In this document: piece by piece, positions 17,848 through 27,507 of the stretch
How positions within the stretch are numbered: position 1 is the stretch's first letter
Layout: every line of letters begins with the position of its first letter
NCBI RefSeq assembly: GCF_002280675.1
Contig: NZ_NCEN01000021.1
Span: 73,299-137,298 of the forward strand
Length of the DNA stretch: 64,000 nucleotides
Origin: Novosphingobium sp. 32-60-15
GTDB taxonomy: Bacteria; Pseudomonadota; Alphaproteobacteria; Sphingomonadales; Sphingomonadaceae
Direction: 5' to 3'
Translations under genes and position numbers: made by a program
Notes under the pieces: generated by a model
What the model was told of the DNA's origin: nothing
Database searches by the model: none
What the model saw: the letters and a program-made list of their open reading frames with translations, nothing else

Positions 17848-19896
17848 TCACTTCAGGGTGATCAGGATGTTGCCGACGGCATCAACAGTGCCGGTGCAGC
17901 CGGATTCGATCAGTGTGGTCGAATCCATTTCACACACAATGGCAGGGCCGGGGATCACGTCTCCGGCGCGCAATTTGGCGCGATCATAAATCACGGCGGC
18001 CTGTTCGCGCCCGTCCATCCACAAGGTGTGATCGCGCATCTTGGCCGCAATGGGATTGCCGTCACCCTGTTCCAGCGGCGCAGCGGGCAGATCGAGCGCG
18101 CGGCCCATGGCAACGGCGCGCAAGTTCACGATCTCGTGCGGGGTATCCATGTTGAAGGTGAACAGGCGTTTGTGTTCGGCATCAAAGCGGGCAAGGATTC
18201 CGGCGATGCCATCACTGGTCAGGACATCGGCGGTGATCGTCAGCGGCACTTCGAAGGCTTGTCCGGCATAGCGCACATCGACTTCGAACGCGGTGGTGAT
18301 CTCGTCTTCGGGCACGCCATCTGCCAGCAGATCGGCGCGGGTCTGTGCGGCCATTTCGTCAAGAATGGCGATCAGGTCTGCGGCTTGCGTCTGTGTGGCA
18401 AGGCGGCTGAACGAACGCGCGGTTTCGGTGCGCATCCGCGTGGTGGCATCGCCCAAAGCACACAGCACGCCGGGGCTGACGGGTGATATGGCGGGCCACG
18501 ATCCCATCAGGCGGGCCACGGCGTTGACGTGGAGCGGACCCGCTCCGCCAAAGCCCATCAGCGCAAAGTCACGCGGGTCATAGCCCTGCTGGACCGAGAT
18601 CATGCGCAGCGCGCCGAACATGTTTTCGTTGACGATATCGATGATCCCGCGCGCGGCGGCCATCAGATCGATCCCGAGGGCGTCGGCGATGGTCTGCACC
18701 GCCTTTTTCGCGCCTTCACGATCCAGATTGAATGTGCCGCCCAGAAGGTTCTCGGGAAGGTAACCCAACACAACGTTGGCGTCGGTTACGGTGGGCAACG
18801 TGCCGCCTTTTCCATAGGCGACCGGCCCCGGCACTGCTCCTGCGCTTTGTGGCCCGACCCGAAGGGCTCTTGTCAGCTCAGGAACATAAGCGATTGATCC
18901 GCCGCCTGCGCCGACGGTTTTGACGTCAAGGGCAGAGGCGCGGACGGAAAGGTGGCCTACCTCGGTGGTGCGCTGGCGGCGCGCTTCGAGGTTTTCAATG
19001 AGCGCAACGTCGGTGCTGGTGCCGCCGACGTCGAGCGTCAGAATATTCTTGATGCCTGCATTGCGGCCCACCCAGATTGCGCCGGTGACGCCACCAGCAG
19101 GCCCGGACATGAGGATGTTGACCGGGTGCTCTTCGGCCTTTTGCGCGCTCATCAATCCCCCGTCAGAACGCAGCAGCGAGAGCTTGCCGTTCATCCCGGC
19201 ATCGGCAAGGCGCGAGCGCAGGTTCGATACGTACTTGCCCACAATCGGGCGCACCGCAGCATTGGCAACCGTGGTCAGCGTGCGTTCGTATTCCTGCATT
19301 TCGGGCAGGACTTCATGGCTGAGTGATACCGGAACGCCCGGCATGATTTCGCCCGCCAGTTCGCCCACGCGCTTTTCGTGCGCGCCGTTGGTATAGGCGT
19401 TGATCAGGCTGACGGTGATCGCTTCAACGCCATTGGCTTTGAGCGCCGAAAGCTGCGTGCGGATGTCGGCGTCATCGATCGGGCGCAGTTCGTTGCCTTC
19501 GGCATCCATGCGGCCCTTGATCGTGACGGTATCTTCCAACGCAGCCAGCGGCTGGGGTTTGGGCCAGATGATCCATCCGGCAAGCCCGCCCGGCACGAAA
19601 CTGCGCGCGATTTGCATGATGTGGCGATAACCCTCGGTCGCGACCAGACCGACCTTCGCGCCCTTGCCTTCCAGCACGGCATTGGTGGCCACGGTTGTGC
19701 CGTGCAGGAAATAATCGATGTCCCCCGCACCGATTCCGGCCTTGGCGCAGATGGCCGTCACCCCGTTCAGGATGCCTTCGGAACTGTCGTGCGGGGTCGA
19801 TGGCGTCTTGTGCCGCCAGAACGCGCTGCTGGATGTATCGAACAGCAGCAGATCGGTGAAAGTGCCGCCGACATCGACGCCAAGGCGATAGCCCAT
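17848..19896 (-). CDS. Hydantoinase A/oxoprolinase-family ATP-binding subunit
   Basis: GVDVGGTFTD, HGTTVATNA, SGPAGG, DVGGTSTD, GAGGGS, PQSAGAVPGP, GGAGPLH. Confidence 0.95.
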   Translation of the reverse strand: MGYRLGVDVGGTFTDLLLFDTSSSAFWRHKTPSTPHDSSEGILNGVTAICAKAGIGAGDIDYFLHGTTVATNAVLEGKGAKVGLVATEGYRHIMQIARSFVPGGLAGWIIWPKPQPLAALEDTVTIKGRMDAEGNELRPIDDADIRTQLSALKANGVEAITVSLINAYTNGAHEKRVGELAGEIMPGVPVSLSHEVLPEMQEYERTLTTVANAAVRPIVGKYVSNLRSRLADAGMNGKLSLLRSDGGLMSAQKAEEHPVNILMSGPAGGVTGAIWVGRNAGIKNILTLDVGGTSTDVALIENLEARRQRTTEVGHLSVRASALDVKTVGAGGGSIAYVPELTRALRVGPQSAGAVPGPVAYGKGGTLPTVTDANVVLGYLPENLLGGTFNLDREGAKKAVQTIADALGIDLMAAARGIIDIVNENMFGALRMISVQQGYDPRDFALMGFGGAGPLHVNAVARLMGSWPAISPVSPGVLCALGDATTRMRTETARSFSRLATQTQAADLIAILDEMAAQTRADLLADGVPEDEITTAFEVDVRYAGQAFEVPLTITADVLTSDGIAGILARFDAEHKRLFTFNMDTPHEIVNLRAVAMGRALDLPAAPLEQGDGNPIAAKMRDHTLWMDGREQAAVIYDRAKLRAGDVIPGPAIVCEMDSTTLIESGCTGTVDAVGNILITLK

Positions 19897-19902
19897 CGGG
19901 TG

Positions 19903-20814
19903 TTACTCCTGATCAGATTTCGGGAAAGCGGGCGCCTGGGCCACCATTCCGGGAAGTTTGCGGCCCATCACATCGGCAAGCCAGCGGTTGGTTTCGATCA
20001 TTGTGCCAAGGTTCATGCCGGTTGCCACGCCTGCGCGGCCCAGCATATAGACCACGTCCTCGCTTGACACATTGCCTGCAGCGCCCGGTGCAAAGGGGCA
20101 ACCGCCAAGGCCGCCCAAAGCCGCGTCGACCACGCTTGCACCTGCTTCAACCGCGGCCCAGACATTGGCGATGCCGGTGCCGCGTGTGTTGTGGAAATGG
20201 ACGCGCACCGGGACCGGTGCGATGGCTTCCACCACGCGGCGGACAAGGCGCGAGACGTGCGCCGGATCGGCAACACCGATGGTGTCGGCAAGGCCCACCT
20301 CGATAGGGTTGGCTTGCGCCAGCGCGACGGCCATGGCCACGACGCGGTCCTCGCTCACCTCGCCTTCGAACGGGCAGCCAAATGATGCGCCAATGGTAAC
20401 CTGACCCTTCAGGCCCGCAGCCTGCGCCATCGCGATGATCGCTTTGGCTGCATCCACCGATTCGCCGCTGGTCTGGCCCTGGTTGGCGATGGCAAAACTG
20501 TCAGTGGCAACGCAAACTGCGCCCAGTTCGTGCAATGCGCCGGTGGCAATGGCGCGTTCTGCCCCTTTGGCGTTCAGGACAAGCCCGATGTAGCTGACGC
20601 CGTCCACCTTGGGCAGTCCGGCGCAGACAGCTTCGGCATCGGCCATTTGCGGCACGCGCTTTGGATTGACAAAACTGGTCACTTCGATCCGCCGCGCGCC
20701 TGCTGCAATGCTGCGACGAATCAGTTCAAGCTTGTCGGCGGTGGAGACGAGTGCCTTCTCGTTCTGCAACCCGTCACGCGGGCCGACTTCGAGAAAGGTG
20801 ATAGCCCGGTTCAC
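19903..20814 (-). CDS. Hydroxymethylglutaryl-CoA-lyase-family protein
   Basis: EVGPRDGLQNE, HFHNTRG, GGLGGCPFAPGAAGNV; GTG start at 20814 (the ORF-track extension to 21105 is promoter DNA). Confidence 0.92.
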   Translation of the reverse strand: MNRAITFLEVGPRDGLQNEKALVSTADKLELIRRSIAAGARRIEVTSFVNPKRVPQMADAEAVCAGLPKVDGVSYIGLVLNAKGAERAIATGALHELGAVCVATDSFAIANQGQTSGESVDAAKAIIAMAQAAGLKGQVTIGASFGCPFEGEVSEDRVVAMAVALAQANPIEVGLADTIGVADPAHVSRLVRRVVEAIAPVPVRVHFHNTRGTGIANVWAAVEAGASVVDAALGGLGGCPFAPGAAGNVSSEDVVYMLGRAGVATGMNLGTMIETNRWLADVMGRKLPGMVAQAPAFPKSDQE

Positions 20815-21021
20815 GCGGGCGCCCTTGCCGGCAGGCGGGCCGATGAAATCGCCGAAGTGGGGGTGTGCCGGAAGTTCATCGCTCTCACCAAAGACGTGTG
20901 CAAAATGCCAATTCGTATTCAAAAAACCAAATCGAAACCGTGCAAAGATTGTGCAGCCATTTGAGTTGAGGCCGAAACCTGCACGTTGGTGCATGTTTTC
21001 TTCCACCTTGACCGCAGTGCT

Positions 21022-21031
21022 TTGTATACAA
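21022..21031. promoter_or_regulatory. Putative GntR/FadR operator
   Basis: Perfect palindrome TTGTATACAA fits TNGT-N(0-3)-ACNA; it lies just downstream of TTGACC (21008-21013) in the divergent promoter region. Confidence 0.65.
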
Positions 21032-21128
21032 TAAGCTGCTAGCCTCGCAAGAGTGCGTGTTGGGGTGAGGGTTGCCCCGCACACGCTTACGAAAAAGATT
21101 TTCAACGTAATCGAACCAACAGGGAGGT

Positions 21129-23660
21129 TTGAGAATGCGTGCTAGCCGTCTTTTAATCACGTCATCGGCATTGGGCCTTCTGCTCGCCGCCGCATCACCG
21201 TCTTTCGCGCAGGAAGCGCCGCAGGACACCGCTGTTGCCGAAGATGAGGGCGATGCCATCATCGTCACCGCGCGTCGGCAGAATGAGCGGTTGCAGGATG
21301 TACCGGCCTCGGTTGCGGTCTTGACCGCAGCAGCGCTGCAAAACACCGGCGCCAACAAGGCGGACGATTTTGCGCAGCTGACGCCCGGCGTAACGATTGT
21401 TACCGGAACCGCCGAGGCAGGCGACACGCAGATCAACATTCGCGGTATCAACGGTGCGCGCGATGCGGAAAGCTCGGTCGCGCTGGTGGTCGATGGCATT
21501 TTGAAGACCAATACCGCGCAATTGAACCAGCCACAGGGCACTTTGACGCAGGTCGAAATCCTCAAAGGCCCGCAAGGCGCGCTTTATGGCCGCAACGCTG
21601 CGGCAGGTGCGATTGTTCTGCAAACGCAGAAGCCGACCGACACGCTGACCGGGGCCATGCGCGCTTCCTATGCCAATGAAGCCACGGTCGAAGCCACCGC
21701 GCATGTCGCCGGACCATTGGGCGACAATGTCGGCTTCGTGCTGTCGGGCTATTACTTCACCACCGATGGCTGGTGGCGCAATTCGTTCCTTGGCAATGCC
21801 AAGACGGTGGACGACAAGGAAAGCTGGGCGGTTGATGGCCGGATCATGGTTGGGCAGGGCACTGCGACGCAGCTTGACGTCAAGGCGCGCTATTCGAAGT
21901 TCAGCGGCGCATCACTGCCGTTCAACGCCGCGTTCCACTTGCCCTTGTTCGGCGCGGTGAACCCTGCGTTTTATGAGGACATCAACAAGCACCCGTTCGC
22001 ATTCTCGAACAACATCCGTGCGACGAACGACCAGAAAAGCTTCGACGTTTCGGCCAAACTTGATCATGAATTCGGCAATGGCATGAAGCTGGTTGCCTGG
22101 GGCCTCTATTCTGACGTCAAGCAAGACCTTGTTGCCGATGGCACTTCAGCCGACTTTGCGCGCTACATCAGCAACGCGAATCCTGCGGTGAACAGCTCGG
22201 TTGCCAGCTGCTTTGCCAGCACGGCGGCGCTGACCGGATTCCCCGTCAACCAGCCCGGCGCGATTGGCCAGATCCCTGTGCCGTTCATCTTCGCACCGGC
22301 CAACGGCTCCACCTTCGGACCATACAGCCCGACGACGTGCGACGGCACGCAGTACCAGCTGCGCGAACAGACCGATTACAGCGCAGAAGTGCGCTTGCTA
22401 TCAAACGATGATGGCCCGCTGACATGGCAATTGGGCGCTTATTACCTGCACATCGATCGCAAGACCGGCGTCAGCCTTGGCGCAGATACCGGCGCGGGCG
22501 TGATCAAGCAGCTTTACAACGCTCCAAACAGCAGCAACCCGACTTCGCTGTTGCTGGCCGATGAATTCAACACCAATGTCTATGCAGCATTCGGTGCAGC
22601 GGAATGGAAGCCGTCCGATGTGTTCAGCGCAGGGCTTGCCTTGCGTTATGACATCGAGGACCGCGAGGCCAATTCGCTGGTGCCCAACGTGGCAGATCCA
22701 TTCACCGGCGGGCCGATCAACCCCGGTCTGGCGTTTGGCGCATTCACCCCGCAAAGCGCCACGTTCAAGCAGTTGCAGCCCAAGATCACGGCCAGCTTCC
22801 ACCCGACGCCGGAACTGAACATCTATGCCAACTGGGGCATCGGCTTCAAATCGGGCGGGTTCAACAATCAGGGTTCGGCCGCTGTGGTGAACGCCAACTT
22901 CAACCAGTTCATCAATGCTGGCGTGACGATCAACGACTTGTACCGCAAGGAAAAATCAAGCGCGTTTGAAGCGGGCATCAAGGGCGAAGTGCTGGATGGC
23001 CGCATCACTTATGATCTTGCCGGGTACTACACGCAGGTCAACGACATGCAGTTCTTCGAATTCTTTGTCGGCAGCTTCGGCCTGCTGCGCGTGGTTTCGA
23101 ACATTGACCGCGTGGACGTGAAGGGTGCGGAACTGAACCTGACCGGCAAGGTCGTTGACGGCTGGAAGGTGTTCGGTTCGTTCAACGTGACCGACAGCGA
23201 AATCAAGCGCAACGCATCGCGGCCTTACACGGTGGGCAACAAATCGCCCTATACCGCCGATTGGACGATCAACCTTGGCAGCGAAATCACCGCGCCTCTT
23301 TCAGGCAGCGCCAAGCTGCTGTTCCGCGCCGATTATCGCATTACCGGCCCGACGTGGTTCCATTCGGTGCAGGATCAGGAGCGCCCGACGCTGTTCTCCG
23401 GCCTGCTGCCGATATCGGCACTGGCATTGCCCGGCGTGGTCGGGAATGCGCGCTATGATGTGGCCAAGCGTGATGCATTTGGTGTGATGAACGTGCGTGC
23501 CGGGATCACCACGGACCGCTACCGGATCGCCGTGTTTGCGGAAAACCTGTTCGACCGCAAGTTCGTGGCTGAAGCCATTCCGGCGATCGAATTTGGCGGA
23601 TCGTTCATCACGCCGGGCGCGCGCCGCCTGATCGGGGTGGAAGTGGGCGCGTCGTTCTAA
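21129..23660 (+). CDS. TonB-dependent receptor
   Basis: Signal peptide, IIVTARRQNERLQDVP, EILKGPQGALYGRNA, terminal F. Confidence 0.95.
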   Translation: MRMRASRLLITSSALGLLLAAASPSFAQEAPQDTAVAEDEGDAIIVTARRQNERLQDVPASVAVLTAAALQNTGANKADDFAQLTPGVTIVTGTAEAGDTQINIRGINGARDAESSVALVVDGILKTNTAQLNQPQGTLTQVEILKGPQGALYGRNAAAGAIVLQTQKPTDTLTGAMRASYANEATVEATAHVAGPLGDNVGFVLSGYYFTTDGWWRNSFLGNAKTVDDKESWAVDGRIMVGQGTATQLDVKARYSKFSGASLPFNAAFHLPLFGAVNPAFYEDINKHPFAFSNNIRATNDQKSFDVSAKLDHEFGNGMKLVAWGLYSDVKQDLVADGTSADFARYISNANPAVNSSVASCFASTAALTGFPVNQPGAIGQIPVPFIFAPANGSTFGPYSPTTCDGTQYQLREQTDYSAEVRLLSNDDGPLTWQLGAYYLHIDRKTGVSLGADTGAGVIKQLYNAPNSSNPTSLLLADEFNTNVYAAFGAAEWKPSDVFSAGLALRYDIEDREANSLVPNVADPFTGGPINPGLAFGAFTPQSATFKQLQPKITASFHPTPELNIYANWGIGFKSGGFNNQGSAAVVNANFNQFINAGVTINDLYRKEKSSAFEAGIKGEVLDGRITYDLAGYYTQVNDMQFFEFFVGSFGLLRVVSNIDRVDVKGAELNLTGKVVDGWKVFGSFNVTDSEIKRNASRPYTVGNKSPYTADWTINLGSEITAPLSGSAKLLFRADYRITGPTWFHSVQDQERPTLFSGLLPISALALPGVVGNARYDVAKRDAFGVMNVRAGITTDRYRIAVFAENLFDRKFVAEAIPAIEFGGSFITPGARRLIGVEVGASF

Positions 23661-23674
23661 GGTGAAAAAGGCAT

Positions 23675-23704
23675 GGGAAGAGTGGTGATTGCACCGCTCT
23701 TCCC
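23675..23704. terminator. Stem-loop between the receptor and gntR
   Basis: GGGAAGAGTGGTG-ATTG-CACCGCTCTTCCC; no clear T-tract. Confidence 0.5.
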
Positions 23705-23722
23705 ACGGCTTCAGGGGGTGAT

Positions 23723-24367
23723 GTGTCAAAGGCCTCGCAAGAAGCGTATCGCAAGATCAGGGCCGGGGTTTTGTCCGGCCATTTTCCCGCCGGGCAATTC
23801 GTGCCCGAAGATGAATTTGCCCAGTTCTGCGGGCTTTCGCGCACACCGGTGCGCGAAGCGATTGCCGAACTTGTGGCGGAAATGCTGCTTCAGCGCTCAG
23901 ACACCAATCGCGTTTTCGTGCCCGTCTGGTCGGATGAGGACGAGGAGGAGATGTTCACCCTGCGCGCCATGCTGGAAAGCCATTGCGCACAGCGCGCGGC
24001 GCGGCTGATCACGGATGAACAGATCGCAGCGCTGCAATCCCATTGCGACTTCATCGATGCTGCAATCCGGCAATCGGGGGAGCCTGACGTATCGGGCTTT
24101 GTCGAAGGTAACCGCCGGTTCCATGCCGGTATTCTGGCAGCGGCGCAGTCCGAACGGCTGGCACAATTGCTACGCTTTGTGGTCAGCCAAGTGGTGGTTC
24201 ACCGCACGGCAGAGCAATATTCGCGCGCCGACATGGAGCAAAGCCAGCGCGATCACCGCGATCTGGTCAGCGCCTTTGCCGTACGTGATGGCGTGTGGGC
24301 AGGTGCGATCACCAATACCCACATCCGCCGCGCGGCCAACGCGTACAAAACGCATCGCGCGACGTAA
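23723..24367 (+). CDS. GntR (FadR/FCD subfamily) transcriptional regulator
   Basis: wHTH SRTPVREA; FCD domain NRRFHAGI...DHRDL. Confidence 0.93.
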   Translation: MSKASQEAYRKIRAGVLSGHFPAGQFVPEDEFAQFCGLSRTPVREAIAELVAEMLLQRSDTNRVFVPVWSDEDEEEMFTLRAMLESHCAQRAARLITDEQIAALQSHCDFIDAAIRQSGEPDVSGFVEGNRRFHAGILAAAQSERLAQLLRFVVSQVVVHRTAEQYSRADMEQSQRDHRDLVSAFAVRDGVWAGAITNTHIRRAANAYKTHRAT

Positions 24368-24387
24368 CGTCCGAACCGTTGGCCTCC

Positions 24388-24777
24388 TCAGGCGGGCGCA
24401 GCGTCATCGGTGGGAGGGTTCAGCCGGAATTCCTCGACAGGAACGCCGCCGATCACGTGTTCTTGAATGATCCGTTCCAGCACGGCCGGATGGCACGAAT
24501 GATACCAGACATTGTCGGGGTAAACCACGGCGACCGGCCCGACCAGACATACCCGCAGGCAGCCTACCTTGTTGCGCAGAATGCCTTGATTGCCGCCAAG
24601 GCCCAGTTCGGACAGCCGCTTTTTAAGGTAATTCCACGCTTCTTCGGTTTCATCGCGGGGCGCGCACTTGTCCTTGTCAGCGCCCGCACAGATCAGGATG
24701 TGGCGCTTCATCGCAAAGCCGCCCAGCTTTTCGAGCGCCCGCTCTGCCAGAGCCAGCTTTTTTGCAGGGTTGGTCAT
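24388..24777 (-). CDS. Thioredoxin-like [2Fe-2S] ferredoxin
   Basis: HILICA...C...[16 protein letters not shown]. Confidence 0.88.
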   Translation of the reverse strand: MTNPAKKLALAERALEKLGGFAMKRHILICAGADKDKCAPRDETEEAWNYLKKRLSELGLGGNQGILRNKVGCLRVCLVGPVAVVYPDNVWYHSCHPAVLERIIQEHVIGGVPVEEFRLNPPTDDAAPA

Positions 24778-24789
24778 TTGGAGCCAGTA

Positions 24790-25251
24790 TTAGCCGCGCT
24801 TGCCAGCGATCCGTGCGATTTCGGCAGACACCATTTTTTCGACCATGGCCGGAAGGTTGGCCTCCAACCAGTCGGCCAGCATCGGACGCAGCATTTCGCG
24901 GACCAGACCTTCAAGCGAGGTTTCGCCCGAACGCACGATTTGCGGGGCGACACCGGGCTGCGACAGCATCGACAAAGCGGCAAGCGATTCGCGCATTGAG
25001 GCTGTGGTCGTCTCTGCGATCAGGCCGTGATCATCGACATGATCTTCGGCTTCACCTGCAGCTTCGGTGAGTTCAAGAACTTCAACAGGGCTGTCGGCAG
25101 GGTCGGGCGTAACCGACTGGGTCACTTCGGCACGCGGACGCGTTTGCACCGCTTCGGCACGGGTCAGTGCTTCCGTGCGGCTATCGCGCGCAATGACCTT
25201 CTTGATCGATTCGAGGATTTCCTCGACGGATGGTTCGCCAACCTGGCGCAT
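24790..25251 (-). CDS. popZ: Polar organizing protein PopZ (DUF2497)
   Basis: EPSVEEILESIKKVI N-helix and SLEGLVREMLRPMLADWLEANLP C-domain; pcm-tolC-popZ synteny. Confidence 0.85.
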   Translation of the reverse strand: MRQVGEPSVEEILESIKKVIARDSRTEALTRAEAVQTRPRAEVTQSVTPDPADSPVEVLELTEAAGEAEDHVDDHGLIAETTTASMRESLAALSMLSQPGVAPQIVRSGETSLEGLVREMLRPMLADWLEANLPAMVEKMVSAEIARIAGKRG

Positions 25252-25289
25252 TGAAGCTGCTCCCCGAAAGTCCCTGACACCGATTCTTT

Positions 25290-26747
25290 TTACGGAAGCT
25301 GTGTCGGCGTGATTGTCGCATTCTGCGCCGGTGTGTCAACGGTACGTGTCGATACCGGTTTTGGATCAGGATCACGGTCCCAATCGAACATGCGGCGCCG
25401 CACCCGGTCATAATTGGTCTGCGGATCATAGAGCGCACCGCCATCCAGCCCGAGGTCCTGGGCCTGCGCGCGGCCCATTGCGGCCAGCAGGTTGAAGCCC
25501 GCAACATAGGCATTACGCCGCGCGGTGACGAGCTGGACTTGCGCGCGCAGCAGTTCCTGTTCGGCGTCAAGAATGTTGAGGATGGTGCGGTTGCCCACGG
25601 TGTTTTCCGCACGCACGCCTTCAAGGCTGAGCGCGGCGGCGTCGACTGCGGTCTGGTTCATTGCGATGATTTCGTTCGCCGCGCTCCACGAAGCGTAGGA
25701 CGAACGCACCGATGCGATGACTTCGCGCTCAACCGCGATTTCCTGTTCAAGCGTGGCTGATTCGCGCGCTTGGGCCTGGCGGGTTTGCGCTGCCGGAGCG
25801 CCGCCCTGGAACAGCGGGATCGAAACGCTGACGCCTGCCTGGGCCGTCGTCGCGCGCTGCTTGAAAGATCCTCCTCCGGCACCGGCCAACGTACCCGCCG
25901 TATCCTGATAACTTCCCTGAGAGCTCAACGATACCGTGGGCAGTTTTGCCGCACCGGCAATTTTCACATCATAACCCGCCGCTTTGCTGCGTTCGCGCGC
26001 GGCGAGCAGATCCGGGTTGTTCTCCAGTGCGAAGTTCACCGCTTCGTCCGGCGTTGCGGGAAGGCCGGGTAGCGGTGGCGGCGGTGCAAGATCAACCGGC
26101 GCCTTGCCGACGATCTGGATATAGCGTTCGCGGCTGGCGATCAGGTTGACTTCGGCATTGCGCAAATCACCACGCGCCAGCGCCAGACGCGAATCCGATT
26201 GGGCAACGTCGGTGCGGGTAAGATCGCCAATTTCGTAACGGTCACCCGTCGCCTTGAAGTTGACGTCGAGAACTTCGACGTTGTTGCGGCTGAGCCCGAC
26301 AATCGCGCTATCGCGGATCACGTCCATATAGGCTGCGACAACTTGGGCGAAGACACCCGATTCCGTGGCGCGCAAATCTTCCTGGCCCGCTTCGACGCGG
26401 GTCTTGGCTGCACGGATCGCGTTTTTTACAGCGCCGCCCGAGTAAACCGGAATGCCCAGGCTGACGTCGACGCTCTTTGAGCTGTCGAGCAGCACGAACG
26501 ATAGCGGGTTCTGCCGCAGAAATCGTGTGTAGTTCGCCTGCCCCGACAGGCTGGGCAAGGCCCGCGCGCGCGCCAGTGGCACACCTTCGTCGGTTGCCCG
26601 CTGCGTAGCCCGCGCGCCTTGCAGCGTCGGGTTTGTATTATATGCCGCAACCAGTGCCTCGCGCAGATCATCCGCCAAGACAGGTGTCGACACCGCGAGG
26701 GCAGCGCTGGTCGTCAGTAAAAGGCACAGAGCCTTCAAGGGCGGCAT
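25290..26747 (-). CDS. tolC: TolC-family outer membrane protein
   Basis: Signal peptide, AYNTNP, YEIGDLTRTDVAQS, GNRTILNILDAEQE. Confidence 0.9.
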   Translation of the reverse strand: MPPLKALCLLLTTSAALAVSTPVLADDLREALVAAYNTNPTLQGARATQRATDEGVPLARARALPSLSGQANYTRFLRQNPLSFVLLDSSKSVDVSLGIPVYSGGAVKNAIRAAKTRVEAGQEDLRATESGVFAQVVAAYMDVIRDSAIVGLSRNNVEVLDVNFKATGDRYEIGDLTRTDVAQSDSRLALARGDLRNAEVNLIASRERYIQIVGKAPVDLAPPPPLPGLPATPDEAVNFALENNPDLLAARERSKAAGYDVKIAGAAKLPTVSLSSQGSYQDTAGTLAGAGGGSFKQRATTAQAGVSVSIPLFQGGAPAAQTRQAQARESATLEQEIAVEREVIASVRSSYASWSAANEIIAMNQTAVDAAALSLEGVRAENTVGNRTILNILDAEQELLRAQVQLVTARRNAYVAGFNLLAAMGRAQAQDLGLDGGALYDPQTNYDRVRRRMFDWDRDPDPKPVSTRTVDTPAQNATITPTQLP

Positions 26748-26752
26748 AAGCC

Positions 26753-27346
26753 TTAGAAACTCCAGCTCTTGGGAGCTGCAAATTCGGGCAGGACCGCAAA
26801 GTCAGCTTCGCCCAAGGCAGTCGGGACGACACGTCCGGCGGCTTTGCGGGCCAAGGCGAGCCGTGTCACATGACGCTCAACCAGACCGGTGACGACGCGG
26901 CCATCATCGGCCAGCAAGGTGCAAAGCCGATCGGGCAGGACTTCGGCAGCGCCATCAATCAGAACCAGCGAGTATGGCCCGCCTTGGGCGGCAGCCAAAT
27001 TGGCGGCGCGCGTAATGTTGCTGCAAAGCTGTCCGGCAAGTGCAGCCAGATATCCGTTGCCCGAAATTACCAGCACGCTGTCGGCCTTCGCCGGTTCGGC
27101 GGCTTCGAGCATCTGCCCGTATGTCAGTGCGGGCGAGAGCATGGTGCCATCGGCGAGCGGCACGGCACGATCGGCATAGGCCACGGCGCGGCGTTCTTCC
27201 GGCACGAAATCCTCGCGCGGCACTTTGGCAAAAGCGGCAAGAATAGCGGGCGAATTCACCCCGGTAACGCGAAGCTGGCTATCGATCATTGCGCGGCGGG
27301 CAGTCAGCATCTCAGCCGATGCCGGGCGATCTTCAACCACGGTCAT
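26753..27346 (-). CDS. Protein-L-isoaspartate O-methyltransferase-like protein (shortened)
   Basis: ARRAMIDSQLR, VPREDFVP, AYADRAVPL, YSLVLIDGA; SAM motif I is degenerate. Confidence 0.8.
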   Translation of the reverse strand: MTVVEDRPASAEMLTARRAMIDSQLRVTGVNSPAILAAFAKVPREDFVPEERRAVAYADRAVPLADGTMLSPALTYGQMLEAAEPAKADSVLVISGNGYLAALAGQLCSNITRAANLAAAQGGPYSLVLIDGAAEVLPDRLCTLLADDGRVVTGLVERHVTRLALARKAAGRVVPTALGEADFAVLPEFAAPKSWSF

Positions 27347-27507
27347 TTCAACCCTCATCTTCTGATAAACTGGCACGGCTTGTAGGCGCGGCCATCAACA
27401 CCGCCAACGCCTTAGAATATCGACTTGTGCTTTCCAAGGGATTTGCATGTCGATTATCGAAGCGTAAGGGGCGTTGGCAGTTTCTCTAGGACTTGGAGCG
27501 AAGACCG

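Noticed and set aside
20815-21105. 97-aa N-terminal extension of the HMG-CoA-lyase-like ORF
   Set aside because: No homology signal, and it covers the divergent promoter and operator; the GTG at 20814 gives a normal-length enzyme.
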